A DNA stretch of 32,000 nt from contig NC_016012.1 of assembly GCF_000283555.1 (NCBI RefSeq), positions 630,001 through 662,000 on the forward strand, read 5' to 3'. Made by a program: the position numbers and the translations under genes. A model generated the notes under the pieces. That model saw nothing but the letters and a program-made list of their open reading frames with translations, ran no database searches and was not told where the DNA came from. Origin of the DNA: Candidatus Arthromitus sp. SFB-rat-Yit (GTDB taxonomy: Bacteria > Bacillota > Clostridia > Clostridiales > Clostridiaceae). Below, piece by piece: positions 18,744-28,030 of the stretch (positions within the stretch are counted from its first letter, which is position 1; every line of letters begins with the position of its first letter).

Positions 18744-18826
18744 TAAAATTATATTTAATTAAGTATTATTCTGTAATTTTGCAATAGTATTATTTTATAA
18801 GATATTTTGTTTAAGGTGGTTTAATA

Positions 18827-19498
18827 TTGCAAGAATTTAAATATGTTTATTCGGATTTTCAAATTGAAGAATATATGGTAACGTTTTTAAAAAGTGTTAT
18901 TTCAACTGAATGGGATAAAGATAAAAAGGAAATTGTTTTTTTAGGAGATTCTATAATTAGGGATTATGATTTAGATAGGTTCTTCCCAAAGATAAAAATA
19001 AAGTTATTTAATTGTGGTGTTTCAGGAATAACAACGCAAGGTATTCAAAATATTATAAAGCAAGGTGTGATCCGTCACAAACCAAGTACAATTGTTCTTC
19101 TTGTAGGAACAAATGATATGAGTGAAGAAAATAGTAAGAGAGATAATGAAATAATTGATAATATATCTAAATTGATAATTGATCTAAAGATTATATTAAA
19201 AGGAGTTAATATAGTATTTATATCTATTTTACCATGTGATGAAAATAGATACGGGAAAAATTCTATGTATGGTGGAGGAAGAACAAATGAACGTATACAA
19301 AAATTGAACAGCGTATTTAAAGAATTTGAAAATTATTATAAGGATTATATTTTTATAGATGCATTTAAAGATTTATCTGATGAAAATGGAAATTTAATCA
19401 AAGAATATACTCATGATGGATTGCATCTTAACGTTGCTGGATATGAAAAATTAACTAAAAAACTTAATCCTATTATTGAAAAATTGATAAATAAGTAA
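18827..19498 (+). CDS. SGNH/GDSL hydrolase family esterase
   Basis: IVFLGDSIIRDYDLDRFFP (block I), GVSGITTQGI (block II), VLLVGTNDMSEEN (block III), YTHDGLHLNVAGYEKL (block V). TTG start with upstream aaggtgg. Confidence 0.88.
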   Translation: MQEFKYVYSDFQIEEYMVTFLKSVISTEWDKDKKEIVFLGDSIIRDYDLDRFFPKIKIKLFNCGVSGITTQGIQNIIKQGVIRHKPSTIVLLVGTNDMSEENSKRDNEIIDNISKLIIDLKIILKGVNIVFISILPCDENRYGKNSMYGGGRTNERIQKLNSVFKEFENYYKDYIFIDAFKDLSDENGNLIKEYTHDGLHLNVAGYEKLTKKLNPIIEKLINK

Positions 19499-19539
19499 GT
19501 CTACTGTTTGATTTATTTACAAGATCTAGGGGTGAGCAA

Positions 19540-19644
19540 ATGAGGAGTAGTAGTAAAAAAATACTTATATCAATTATAACAGTTGTAATTTTATTGATTT
19601 TCACGATTAGTATTTTTTTAGGATTATTTATGAATTTTTATTGA
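19540..19644 (+). CDS. Candidate 34-aa single-pass membrane microprotein
   Basis: Not in the ORF track. MRSSSKKILISIITVVILLIFTISIFLGLFMNFY: basic N-terminus followed by a continuous hydrophobic segment. SD-like aggggtg upstream; the stop codon sits at the edge of a terminator. Confidence 0.6.
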   Translation: MRSSSKKILISIITVVILLIFTISIFLGLFMNFY

Positions 19645-19675
19645 GAGATAATTTGAAAATTATCTCTCTTTTTTT
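19643..19675 (+). terminator. Intrinsic terminator after the 34-aa ORF
   Basis: GAGAGATAAT ttgaaa ATTATCTCTC, then TTTTTTT (10 bp perfect stem). Confidence 0.85.
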
Positions 19676-19814
19676 GTGTTTAAACCAATAAATTTTGATT
19701 TTTATGTGAGGTTCGTATGGTACAATTTTCTTGAAAGAATCTTATTTTTGTGAGATAGTTTTAATGAAATGTATCATATTAAAATTTAATTATTAGAAGG
19801 GATTTAAATTTATT

Positions 19815-22800
19815 ATGATTCTTAAATCAATAGAGATAAGGGGATTTAAATCTTTTGCTGACTCAACCGAACTTATATTTAAACATGGTATAACATCAGT
19901 AGTAGGTCCAAATGGAAGTGGTAAAAGTAATATATCAGATGCAATAAGATGGTGCTTAGGTGAACAAAGTGTTAAAAATCTTAGAGGAGGTAAAATGGAA
20001 GATGTAATTTTTTCTGGAACTCAGTATAGAAAACAATTGTCTTTAGCTCAAGTTTCATTAATTATAGATAATTCCCGAAATGAACTTCCAATAGATTATA
20101 GCACTGTTATAATATCTAGAAAATTATATAGATCTGGTGAAAGTGAGTATTTAATAAATAATAAACCATGTAAGCTTAAAGATATAAATAGGCTATTTTT
20201 TGATACAGGTATAGGTAAAGAGGGTTATTCTTTAATTGGACAAGGTAAGATAGAAGCTATATTAAATGGAAATTCTAATGATAGGAGAAGTATAATCGAG
20301 GAAGCGATAGGTATAACAAAATATAAATTTAAGAGGGAAGAAGCATATAGTAAAATTAATCATGCCAATGAAAATATTATTAGAATTAATGATATGCTCT
20401 TTACATATGCGGAATATTTGGAGCCATTGAAAGCTGACAGTGAAAAGGCTAGGAAATTTATAAATCTTTCAAATGAACTCAAGGATTTAGAAATTTTGAT
20501 TTTTTACAATAATTTATATGATATTTATGAGGAAATACAAAATATAAAAAGAGATATAGTTTATCGTAATTTAAAATTGGATGATTTGATAAATGAAAAG
20601 AAAATTGCGGAAAATAAGAGAGAGGTATTTGAAAAAGAATTTGAAAATTTAAAATTAATTGAGAAAAGAGATAAGAAGCGATATTATAAGATTAAAGATA
20701 TTACGCAAAAAAATATAAATATGGTAAATCTTAAAAATAACGATATAAACATGCTTATTAATTCAAACAAGATATATGAAAGACAGATAAGTGAAAACAA
20801 ATCTAAGATAAACAACATAACGCTTAGAGAAAATATAATTAATAAAACAAGAGATGAGCTAGAAAATGAATTTAATTCTCTTTTATCTAACTTAGAGAAA
20901 AATGAGAAATTAATTCTGGATAACAGTGTAAGATTGCATAACTTGGAAAATCAAATTAATAGCATTTTGTTGGAAAAAAATAAGATCGTTAATGTCAATA
21001 ATAGCATACAAAATAAAATTGAATTTATAAAGATGAGTTTTTTCAATATAGATAATGACAAAAAGACTTATTTGGATGAAAAGAAGTCCATAGAAGATAG
21101 AATTAAAAAAAATGATGAGTACATAGATAGTATAAGATATGCTTTAAAAGATTTACACAGACAAGAAAATGAAATTAAAATTTTATCTGAAAGCTTATTA
21201 AATCGTATTGAATCAGAAAGTAAAAAGATAGAGCTACTTGACGATCAATTAGATAATTTAAATAAAGATGTGATAGTAAAACAAGCGAACCTTGATGCAT
21301 TAAGAAGCCTTGATAATGTTTATGATGGGTTCAATAAATCAAGTAAAACTTTAATGAATGAAATTAATTCGGGATCATTAATTAGGTTCAAGGATAAATG
21401 TTTTATTGTGGGGAATGTTTTGGATACAGAAGAGAGGTATGCATATGCGATTGAAACCGTTATTGGAGGACATATTTCGGATATAATAATCGAAGAATAT
21501 TCTTTTGTAAAAGATCTTATAAATCATCTTAAGGAAAATAATCTTGGACGTGTTACATTTCACCCTCTAAACAGTGTTAATAAATACAATATAAAATTTA
21601 ACAATGAGGTCAAGTCGTTTAAAGGTTTTATAGATTTTGCTATAAATTTGGTTAAATATGATTCAAAGTTTAATAATATCATTAGCAATATTTTAGGTAA
21701 TACTATCATCTGTGATAATATTGATAATGCTTTAAATATTGCAAAGAGTATAAATTTTTCTAATAGGATAGTGACCTTAGATTCTCAAATTATAAATTCT
21801 GGTGGATCTATTACAGGAGGATCGATTTATTCTAAGAAATTTAATGTTCTTGGGAGACAACGTAAAATTTCGAGCGAGGCTCTTGAAATTGATAAAAAAT
21901 TATTATATATATCTGAGTTGAAGACTGATTTAAAAAATCTTTATGATGTTAGGAAAAATATACAAGATGAATTTGAAACAAATAATAATTTAATAAAAAA
22001 TATAGATATAGAAATCTTGAAGAAGAATGAGGAATTAAAGACTTATAATGATTTGAGATTGAGAGATATTGAAGAGTTAGACAAAAAAAATGCTGTATTG
22101 AATAATTTGGAAGATATTTATAGTTCAAATGATGAGGAAATTAACAAATTAAATTATGAATTAAGTTTAAATAATGATAATTTTGTTATTTTGGAAGATA
22201 ATGAGAAAAATGCAAGGATAGAATTTGAAAATTACAAAAAGATAGCTGAGGAGATAGACAATGAAATTACAAATTGTAAAATTAGGAAAGCTAAAATTGA
22301 GGAAAACATTTTAAATATTTATGATGAAGGTAAAAGAATTGCATTGGAGAAAAAGGACTTGATTTATTCCAATGGAAAGACAAATGATAATATAAAATCA
22401 AATAATATAAATATCGAAAAGATTGAGGAAAGTATAAAAATTCTTAATAAGAGAATAGAAAATTTAAACAATAAATTTAATGAATATAAAATTGATTCAT
22501 ATATAATAGACCAAAATAAAATACAAGAAAAAATAAACAAATTGAAATTAGATATTAGCGAATTGGATTTAAATATACACGATATTGAACGTAATATTAA
22601 TGATTTGAATATTAAGAGTACCAAGAGAGAAGTAGAGTTTAATATAAATAATGATAATTTGTTTAAAAAATATTCTATTAATTTTGATATAAATGATGCG
22701 GAAAAATACATAATAGATAAGAACGAACTTGGTAATTATAATATAAAAATGAAAAAAATAACTAGTGAGATAAGTGAATTGGGAAATATAAATATTAAGT

Positions 22801-23381
22801 CTATTGAGGAATATGAAGTACTTAGCAAGAAGGTTGAATTTATAACTAAACAGAAGGAAGATTTAGAAAATAGTAAAATGGAGCTTGAAGATTTTATTGA
22901 AAGTATAACTTCAGAAATGAGAAATATATTTAATGAAAATTTTAAGCTCATAAATGAAAATTTTAATTCAACTTTTAAGGAATTATTTAAAGGTGGAAGT
23001 GCCCAACTTGTATTGGGAGATGGTGATGAGCTAGAGAGTAATATTGAAATAATTGTACAGCCTCCTGGCAAAAAACTTCAAAATATTAATTTATTATCAG
23101 GTGGCGAAAAGGGACTTTCTGCAATATCACTTTTATTTGCAATTCTAAGATTAAAGCCCGTACCATTTTGTGTTTTAGATGAAATTGAGGCTGCACTCGA
23201 CGACAATAATGTTATTAAGTTTTCTACATTTTTAAAGCAATATTCTTCAAATGTACAATTTATAGTTATAACCCATAGAAAACCGACGATGGAAGCGAGT
23301 GATGTTATTTATGGTGTTACTATGGAGGAGAAAGGAGTATCTAAGGTAGTATCAATTAACTTAGCTAATTATAATACATAG
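19815..23381 (+). CDS. smc: Chromosome segregation protein SMC
   Basis: 1188 aa. N-terminal VVGPNGSGKSNISDAIRWCLGEQSVKNLRGG, long coiled coils, hinge region about 500-640, C-terminal LLSGGEKGLSAISLLFAILRLKPVPFCVLDEIEAALDDNNVIKF. Confidence 0.97.
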   Translation: MILKSIEIRGFKSFADSTELIFKHGITSVVGPNGSGKSNISDAIRWCLGEQSVKNLRGGKMEDVIFSGTQYRKQLSLAQVSLIIDNSRNELPIDYSTVIISRKLYRSGESEYLINNKPCKLKDINRLFFDTGIGKEGYSLIGQGKIEAILNGNSNDRRSIIEEAIGITKYKFKREEAYSKINHANENIIRINDMLFTYAEYLEPLKADSEKARKFINLSNELKDLEILIFYNNLYDIYEEIQNIKRDIVYRNLKLDDLINEKKIAENKREVFEKEFENLKLIEKRDKKRYYKIKDITQKNINMVNLKNNDINMLINSNKIYERQISENKSKINNITLRENIINKTRDELENEFNSLLSNLEKNEKLILDNSVRLHNLENQINSILLEKNKIVNVNNSIQNKIEFIKMSFFNIDNDKKTYLDEKKSIEDRIKKNDEYIDSIRYALKDLHRQENEIKILSESLLNRIESESKKIELLDDQLDNLNKDVIVKQANLDALRSLDNVYDGFNKSSKTLMNEINSGSLIRFKDKCFIVGNVLDTEERYAYAIETVIGGHISDIIIEEYSFVKDLINHLKENNLGRVTFHPLNSVNKYNIKFNNEVKSFKGFIDFAINLVKYDSKFNNIISNILGNTIICDNIDNALNIAKSINFSNRIVTLDSQIINSGGSITGGSIYSKKFNVLGRQRKISSEALEIDKKLLYISELKTDLKNLYDVRKNIQDEFETNNNLIKNIDIEILKKNEELKTYNDLRLRDIEELDKKNAVLNNLEDIYSSNDEEINKLNYELSLNNDNFVILEDNEKNARIEFENYKKIAEEIDNEITNCKIRKAKIEENILNIYDEGKRIALEKKDLIYSNGKTNDNIKSNNINIEKIEESIKILNKRIENLNNKFNEYKIDSYIIDQNKIQEKINKLKLDISELDLNIHDIERNINDLNIKSTKREVEFNINNDNLFKKYSINFDINDAEKYIIDKNELGNYNIKMKKITSEISELGNINIKSIEEYEVLSKKVEFITKQKEDLENSKMELEDFIESITSEMRNIFNENFKLINENFNSTFKELFKGGSAQLVLGDGDELESNIEIIVQPPGKKLQNINLLSGGEKGLSAISLLFAILRLKPVPFCVLDEIEAALDDNNVIKFSTFLKQYSSNVQFIVITHRKPTMEASDVIYGVTMEEKGVSKVVSINLANYNT

Positions 23382-23398
23382 AAGGAGGAAAATGATAA

Positions 23399-24307
23399 AT
23401 GCTAAATAATTTTTTCTCAAAATTAAAAGATAGCTTAACAAAAACTAAGGAGAATTTTACAGACAAATTAAATTCTATATTAGGGTTGGCTATAACTATA
23501 GATGACGATTTGTATGAAGAGATTGAGGAAATGTTAATTGTATGTGATATAGGAATAGATGTTTCGTGTAATATCATAGAAAGATTAAAAACTATAGTTC
23601 GTGAGCGTAAAATCAAAGATCCAAATATGATTAAACCTATTATAAAGGAAATTATACTCGATATGCTAAACGAATCAGAGGATATAAACCAAGAGAAATT
23701 TCCAAAAATAATAATAATGATAGGAATAAATGGAGTTGGAAAAACAACTAGTATAGGTAAAATGGCAAATTACTTTAAAAATAATGATAAGGATGTTATA
23801 ATTGCTGCGGGTGATACTTTTAGAGCGGCAGCAATTGATCAATTGCAAGTTTGGGCTGAAAGGGTTGATGTTAAAATGATAAGACACAATCAAGGTTCAG
23901 ATCCATCAGCAGTTGTTTTTGATGCCATAAAATCATTTAGAGCTAGAAATTCGGATGTGTTAATTTGTGATAGTGCGGGAAGACTTCATAATAAGAAAAA
24001 TTTGATGAATGAATTGAAGAAGATGAATAGAATAATAGAAAATGAATGTAGTGATGTTCAGAGAGAAATATATTTAGTTTTAGATGCGACTACTGGTCAA
24101 AATGCTTTGAATCAAGCTATTGAATTTAAAGAAATAGCAAATATTACAGGTATTATTTTGACTAAACTTGATGGAACTGCAAAAGGTGGAATGGTAATTT
24201 CAATAAAAGATAAACTCGGAATACCAGTTAAATATATAGGTACTGGTGAGGGAATTGATGATATTCAACCATTTAATGCACAAGAGTTTGTTGATGCCTT
24301 AATATAA
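23399..24307 (+). CDS. ftsY: Signal recognition particle receptor FtsY
   Basis: GINGVGKTTSIGKMA, AAGDTFRAAAIDQL, DSAGRLHNKKNLM, LTKLDGTAKGGMVISI, GTGEGIDDIQPF. Confidence 0.95.
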   Translation: MLNNFFSKLKDSLTKTKENFTDKLNSILGLAITIDDDLYEEIEEMLIVCDIGIDVSCNIIERLKTIVRERKIKDPNMIKPIIKEIILDMLNESEDINQEKFPKIIIMIGINGVGKTTSIGKMANYFKNNDKDVIIAAGDTFRAAAIDQLQVWAERVDVKMIRHNQGSDPSAVVFDAIKSFRARNSDVLICDSAGRLHNKKNLMNELKKMNRIIENECSDVQREIYLVLDATTGQNALNQAIEFKEIANITGIILTKLDGTAKGGMVISIKDKLGIPVKYIGTGEGIDDIQPFNAQEFVDALI

Positions 24308-24340
24308 AAATGTCAAGTTATTTTACTTGACATTTTTTTT
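24306..24340 (+). terminator. Intrinsic terminator after ftsY
   Basis: AAAAATGTCAAGT tatttt ACTTGACATTTTT, then TTT (13 bp perfect stem). Confidence 0.85.
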
Positions 24341-24354
24341 TGTATTGATATAAT
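24327..24354 (+). promoter_or_regulatory. Consensus sigma-A promoter for ylxM-ffh, overlapping the ftsY terminator
   Basis: TTGACA (24327-24332), 16 nt spacer, TATAAT (24349-24354) with extended -10 TG at 24346-24347. Confidence 0.7.
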
Positions 24355-24364
24355 GAAATAGGTA

Positions 24365-24703
24365 ATGGATAAAAAAGATTTAAAAAATAGGAATGAAATT
24401 ATATTGCTTATAGACATCTATGGAGATTTGTTGACAGAGAAACAGAAAAAAATTCTTGAACTTTATTTTTTTGATGATTTGGCTTTGGTCGAAATAGCTA
24501 GTATTAATGAGTCGAGTCGCCAGTCTATACTGTATTCTATTAATAAGAGTATTGAGCAATTGTACGCTTTTGAAAATAAATTAAAAATATTGGAAAGAGA
24601 TATGGAGCTGAATAGTAAGAAAAAAGAATTAATAGAAAAACTGGAAGAGTTTTTAGATTTTGGTAAAAATCAGGAGTTGTATAATTTTATTCAGAATTTG
24701 TAG
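24365..24703 (+). CDS. ylxM: YlxM/p13-like helix-turn-helix protein (SRP-associated)
   Basis: 112 aa, LLIDIYGDLLTEKQKKILELYFFDDLALVEIASINESSRQSILYSINKSIEQL; immediately upstream of ffh. Confidence 0.88.
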   Translation: MDKKDLKNRNEIILLIDIYGDLLTEKQKKILELYFFDDLALVEIASINESSRQSILYSINKSIEQLYAFENKLKILERDMELNSKKKELIEKLEEFLDFGKNQELYNFIQNL

Positions 24704-24717
24704 ATTGGGGGTAGGAG

Positions 24718-26082
24718 ATGGCTTTTGATAGTTTAGCTAGTAAACTGCAGGGTGTTTTTAAAAAGCTTAGAGGCAAAGGTAAATTATCAGAACAAGATAT
24801 AAAACTTGCTATGCGTGAAGTGAAATTAGCTTTGCTTGAATCGGATGTTAACTATAAAGTTGTTAAGACTTTTATAAGTAGAGTTAGTGAAAAATCTTTG
24901 GGAAAAGAAGTGCTTGAAAGTTTGACTCCGGCACAACAAGTTATAAAGATTGTAAATGATGAACTTAAGTCTATAATGGGTAATGATCAAAGTAAGTTAA
25001 ACTACAATAGCAATAGTACTACTGTTATAATGCTTGTTGGACTCCAGGGAGCTGGTAAAACTACTATGGCAGCTAAACTTTCTCTTTATTGCAGGAAGTC
25101 GGGAAAGAGTCCACTCATGATTGCATGTGACGTATATAGACCAGCTGCAGTTAAACAATTAGAAGTGTTAGGTAATCAAATTGACATACCAGTATTTTCA
25201 ATACCAGATAGTAAAGATCCTTTGAATATCGTTAGAAAAGGTCTTGAAAAGGCTGAATCAAATATGAATAATGTGGTAATTATTGATACAGCAGGACGTT
25301 TACATATTGATGATAATCTTATGGATGAATTGCGAGAAATCAAAGAAATTTCAAATCCTTCTGAAATATTGATGGTAATTGATTCGATGATTGGGCAGGA
25401 GTCTGTGAATATAGCCGAAACATTTAATGAAAAGTTAGATGTTACGGGATTTGTTTTAACGAAATTAGATGGGGATACTCGTGGGGGAGTAGCGTTATCT
25501 ATAAAAGAAGTTATTGGTAAGAATATTAAATTCATTGGTGTTGGTGAGAAGATCAGTGATTTGGAAGTGTTCCATCCCGATAGAATGGCGTCCAGAATTT
25601 TGGGAATGGGTGATGTTTTGTCACTTATTGAAAAAGCTCAGGAATCGATTGATCAAGAGGAAGCTCAGAAACTTAGTGAAAGAATGTTTGCCAATGAGTT
25701 TAATTTTGAGGATTTCAAAAGTGCTATGCATCAAATGAAGAAATTAGGTTCTTTTTCAAAGATACTTCAAATGATACCAGGAATTGGAAATGCAATGAAG
25801 GAATTGAAAAATATAAATTTGGATGATAGTGAAAAAGAATTATCTAAAATTGAAGCAATTATTAATTCAATGACAGCTAAAGAGAGAAAAAATCCAAAGC
25901 TTCTTATAGGTTCAGCATCAAGAAAATCTAGGATAGCAAAAGGTTCTGGAAGTACAACTGCTCAAGTTAATAAACTTATAAAAGATTTTGAAAATATGAG
26001 TAAGATGATGAAACAATTTAAAGGTATGACTGGAAAAGGAAAATTTGGCAAAAAAGGATTTTTTCCTAAATTACCGTTTTAG
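24718..26082 (+). CDS. ffh: Signal recognition particle protein Ffh
   Basis: GLQGAGKTTMAAKLSLY, ACDVYRPAAVKQL, DTAGRLHIDDNLM, LTKLDGDTRGGVALS, and M-domain FKSAMHQMKKLGSFSKILQMIPG. Confidence 0.97.
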   Translation: MAFDSLASKLQGVFKKLRGKGKLSEQDIKLAMREVKLALLESDVNYKVVKTFISRVSEKSLGKEVLESLTPAQQVIKIVNDELKSIMGNDQSKLNYNSNSTTVIMLVGLQGAGKTTMAAKLSLYCRKSGKSPLMIACDVYRPAAVKQLEVLGNQIDIPVFSIPDSKDPLNIVRKGLEKAESNMNNVVIIDTAGRLHIDDNLMDELREIKEISNPSEILMVIDSMIGQESVNIAETFNEKLDVTGFVLTKLDGDTRGGVALSIKEVIGKNIKFIGVGEKISDLEVFHPDRMASRILGMGDVLSLIEKAQESIDQEEAQKLSERMFANEFNFEDFKSAMHQMKKLGSFSKILQMIPGIGNAMKELKNINLDDSEKELSKIEAIINSMTAKERKNPKLLIGSASRKSRIAKGSGSTTAQVNKLIKDFENMSKMMKQFKGMTGKGKFGKKGFFPKLPF

Positions 26083-26129
26083 GTTATTGAGGTTAAAATA
26101 TTTAAGTCTTTATTAGGAGGAATTTTTAA

Positions 26130-26369
26130 ATGGTAAAAATTAGATTAAGAAGAATGGGAAGCAAAAAGAAACCTTTTTATAGAATTGTTGTTGCAGATTC
26201 AAGAAGCCCAAGGGATGGTAAATTTATAGCTGAAGTTGGAACATATAATCCTATGAAAAATCCAGTTGAATTTACACTTAAAGAAGAAGAAATTAAAAAG
26301 TGGATTTCTAATGGAGCTCAACCTACTGATGCAGTTAATAGATTATTAGTTAAAGCAGGTATAAATTAG
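26130..26369 (+). CDS. rpsP: 30S ribosomal protein bS16
   Basis: [45 protein letters not shown] taggagg. Confidence 0.97.
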   Translation: MVKIRLRRMGSKKKPFYRIVVADSRSPRDGKFIAEVGTYNPMKNPVEFTLKEEEIKKWISNGAQPTDAVNRLLVKAGIN

Positions 26370-26389
26370 TTTAGATGGTGTTTTAAATT

Positions 26390-26911
26390 ATGATAAATGT
26401 ATTTTCTATTGGTAAAATATCTAAGCCACATGGTATCCGTGGTGAAGTGAATGTTATACCCTTTGATGAGGATTTGAAAATATTTAAAAATTTACAGAGC
26501 ATTTTTTTAAGTAACAGCGATACATCAGAGGAAGATTTGGTATTAGTTAATGTATCATCTATTAAATTTAAAAATAATAGAGTGGTCATGGGTATCGAAG
26601 GTTGTTCAACTTGTAATGAGGCAGAATTGTTAAGGAATAAATTTGTGAGAATAAAGCGTGAAAATATTCCTATAAAAGATGGTGATTATTTTATTGCAGA
26701 TATAAAAGAATGTACTGTGTATGATGAAAATGGTGTATTTTTGGGTAAAGTATCTGAAGTTATAAAAACTAAAAATAATGATGTCTATTGGATAAAGAAG
26801 ACAAGTTTGAATGATGAACTGCTTATACCGGTGCTTAAATCTATTGTGATGGATATAAATGTCGATGAAAAGAAAATTGTTATTAAAGAAGTTAAAAGTT
26901 GGAGTTTATGA
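26390..26911 (+). CDS. rimM: Ribosome maturation factor RimM
   Basis: FSIGKISKPHGIRGEVNVIPF, PIKDGDYFIADIKECTVYDENGVFLGKVSEVIKTKNNDVYWI, LIPVLKSIVMDINVDEKKIVI. Confidence 0.93.
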   Translation: MINVFSIGKISKPHGIRGEVNVIPFDEDLKIFKNLQSIFLSNSDTSEEDLVLVNVSSIKFKNNRVVMGIEGCSTCNEAELLRNKFVRIKRENIPIKDGDYFIADIKECTVYDENGVFLGKVSEVIKTKNNDVYWIKKTSLNDELLIPVLKSIVMDINVDEKKIVIKEVKSWSL

Positions 26912-27576
26912 AGATAACTATTTTGAGTTTATTTCCGCAGATGTTTGAGGTTTTTAGTCATAGCATTGTGGGTAAAGCGAGAGCGAATAATTACGTCGAT
27001 ATTGAAGTCATAAATATAAGGGATTTTTCTAATAATAAACACAATAGGGTTGATGATTATCCTTTTGGTGGTGGTGCGGGTATGCTTATGAGCGTTGAGC
27101 CAATATATAATTCTATAAATTATGTTAAGCGTAATTTAGATGGGAAGGTTATATATTTAGGTCCAAGAGGAAGTACTTTTAATCAAAATAAGGCACGTGA
27201 GTTGTCTGATAATAATCATCTGATATTTTTGTGTGGTCATTATGAGGGAATTGATGAGAGATCTTATAAATTTATTGATGAGGAGATTTCTTTAGGTGAT
27301 TTTATATTGACTGGTGGGGAAATGGCAGCTATTCCAATTATTGATAGTATTGTTAGGCTTTTATCTGGAGTTATAAATCAAGAAAGTTTGGATAATGAGT
27401 CATTTAATAATAATTTGATGGATTTTCCTCAGTATACGAGACCAAGAGAATTCATGGGTATGAGTGTTCCGAATGTTTTGTTATCTGGAAATCATAAAGA
27501 GATTGACAAATGGAGAAGAGAGGAATCTTTAAAGATAACGCAAAAATATAAGGGTTATTTATTAAAAGATAGATAA
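26908..27576 (+). CDS. trmD: tRNA (guanine-N1)-methyltransferase TrmD
   Basis: [75 protein letters not shown]. Start moved from 26899 (TTG) to the ATG at 26908, which overlaps the rimM stop (ATGA). Confidence 0.95.
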   Translation: MKITILSLFPQMFEVFSHSIVGKARANNYVDIEVINIRDFSNNKHNRVDDYPFGGGAGMLMSVEPIYNSINYVKRNLDGKVIYLGPRGSTFNQNKARELSDNNHLIFLCGHYEGIDERSYKFIDEEISLGDFILTGGEMAAIPIIDSIVRLLSGVINQESLDNESFNNNLMDFPQYTRPREFMGMSVPNVLLSGNHKEIDKWRREESLKITQKYKGYLLKDR

Positions 27577-27596
27577 ATTTAGGAGGATTTTATATA

Positions 27597-27956
27597 ATGC
27601 ATGATTTAATTAAATACATAGAGTCACAACAAATGAAAAAAGATGTTCCTTCTTTTAACGTTGGTGATACTGTTAAAGTTAGTCTTCTTATAAAAGAGGG
27701 GAACAAAGAAAGAATTCAGATTTATGAAGGAACTGTTATAAAAAGACAAAATGGTGGCGTTAGAGAAACTTTTACAGTTAGGAGAATTGCTTATGGGGTT
27801 GGAAGTGAGAAAACATTCCCTTTACATTCACCAAAAGTTTTAAAGATTGAAGTTGTAAGATATGGTAAAGTTAGAAGAGCTAAACTTTATTATTTAAGAG
27901 ATAGAGTAGGAAAGGCTACTAAAGTTAAAGAAAGAATTGTAAATAAGAATAAATAG
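27597..27956 (+). CDS. rplS: 50S ribosomal protein bL19
   Basis: [89 protein letters not shown]. Confidence 0.97.
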   Translation: MHDLIKYIESQQMKKDVPSFNVGDTVKVSLLIKEGNKERIQIYEGTVIKRQNGGVRETFTVRRIAYGVGSEKTFPLHSPKVLKIEVVRYGKVRRAKLYYLRDRVGKATKVKERIVNKNK

Positions 27957-27972
27957 AATTGAATCTTATTTT

Positions 27973-28012
27973 AAATAGTAAATTTCCTTTGCGAAATTTA
28001 CTATTTTGTTTT
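27973..28012 (+). terminator. Terminator/attenuator hairpin between rplS and rbgA
   Basis: AAATAGTAAATTTC ctttgc GAAATTTACTATTT (27973-27986 / 27993-28006), 14 bp perfect stem, followed by TGTTTTTT. Confidence 0.8.
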
Positions 28013-28030
28013 TTAGGGAGTATGGAAGAA

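Noticed and set aside
21378-23616. Minus-strand hydrophobic ORFs inside smc and at the smc/ftsY junction (21378, 22364, 22736, 23365)
   Set aside because: Their Leu/Ile/Phe/Ser-rich sequences are what coiled-coil Lys/Glu/Asn codons give on the opposite strand. They are not genuine membrane proteins.
25176-25738. Minus-strand 119-aa and plus-strand 74-aa ORFs inside ffh
   Set aside because: Both overlap conserved ffh coding sequence in other frames and lack supporting features.
27959-28030. Upstream TTG extension of rbgA (MNLILNSKFPLRNLLFCFLGSMEEM...)
   Set aside because: It would translate through a 14 bp terminator-like hairpin, and family members begin near NWYPGHM.
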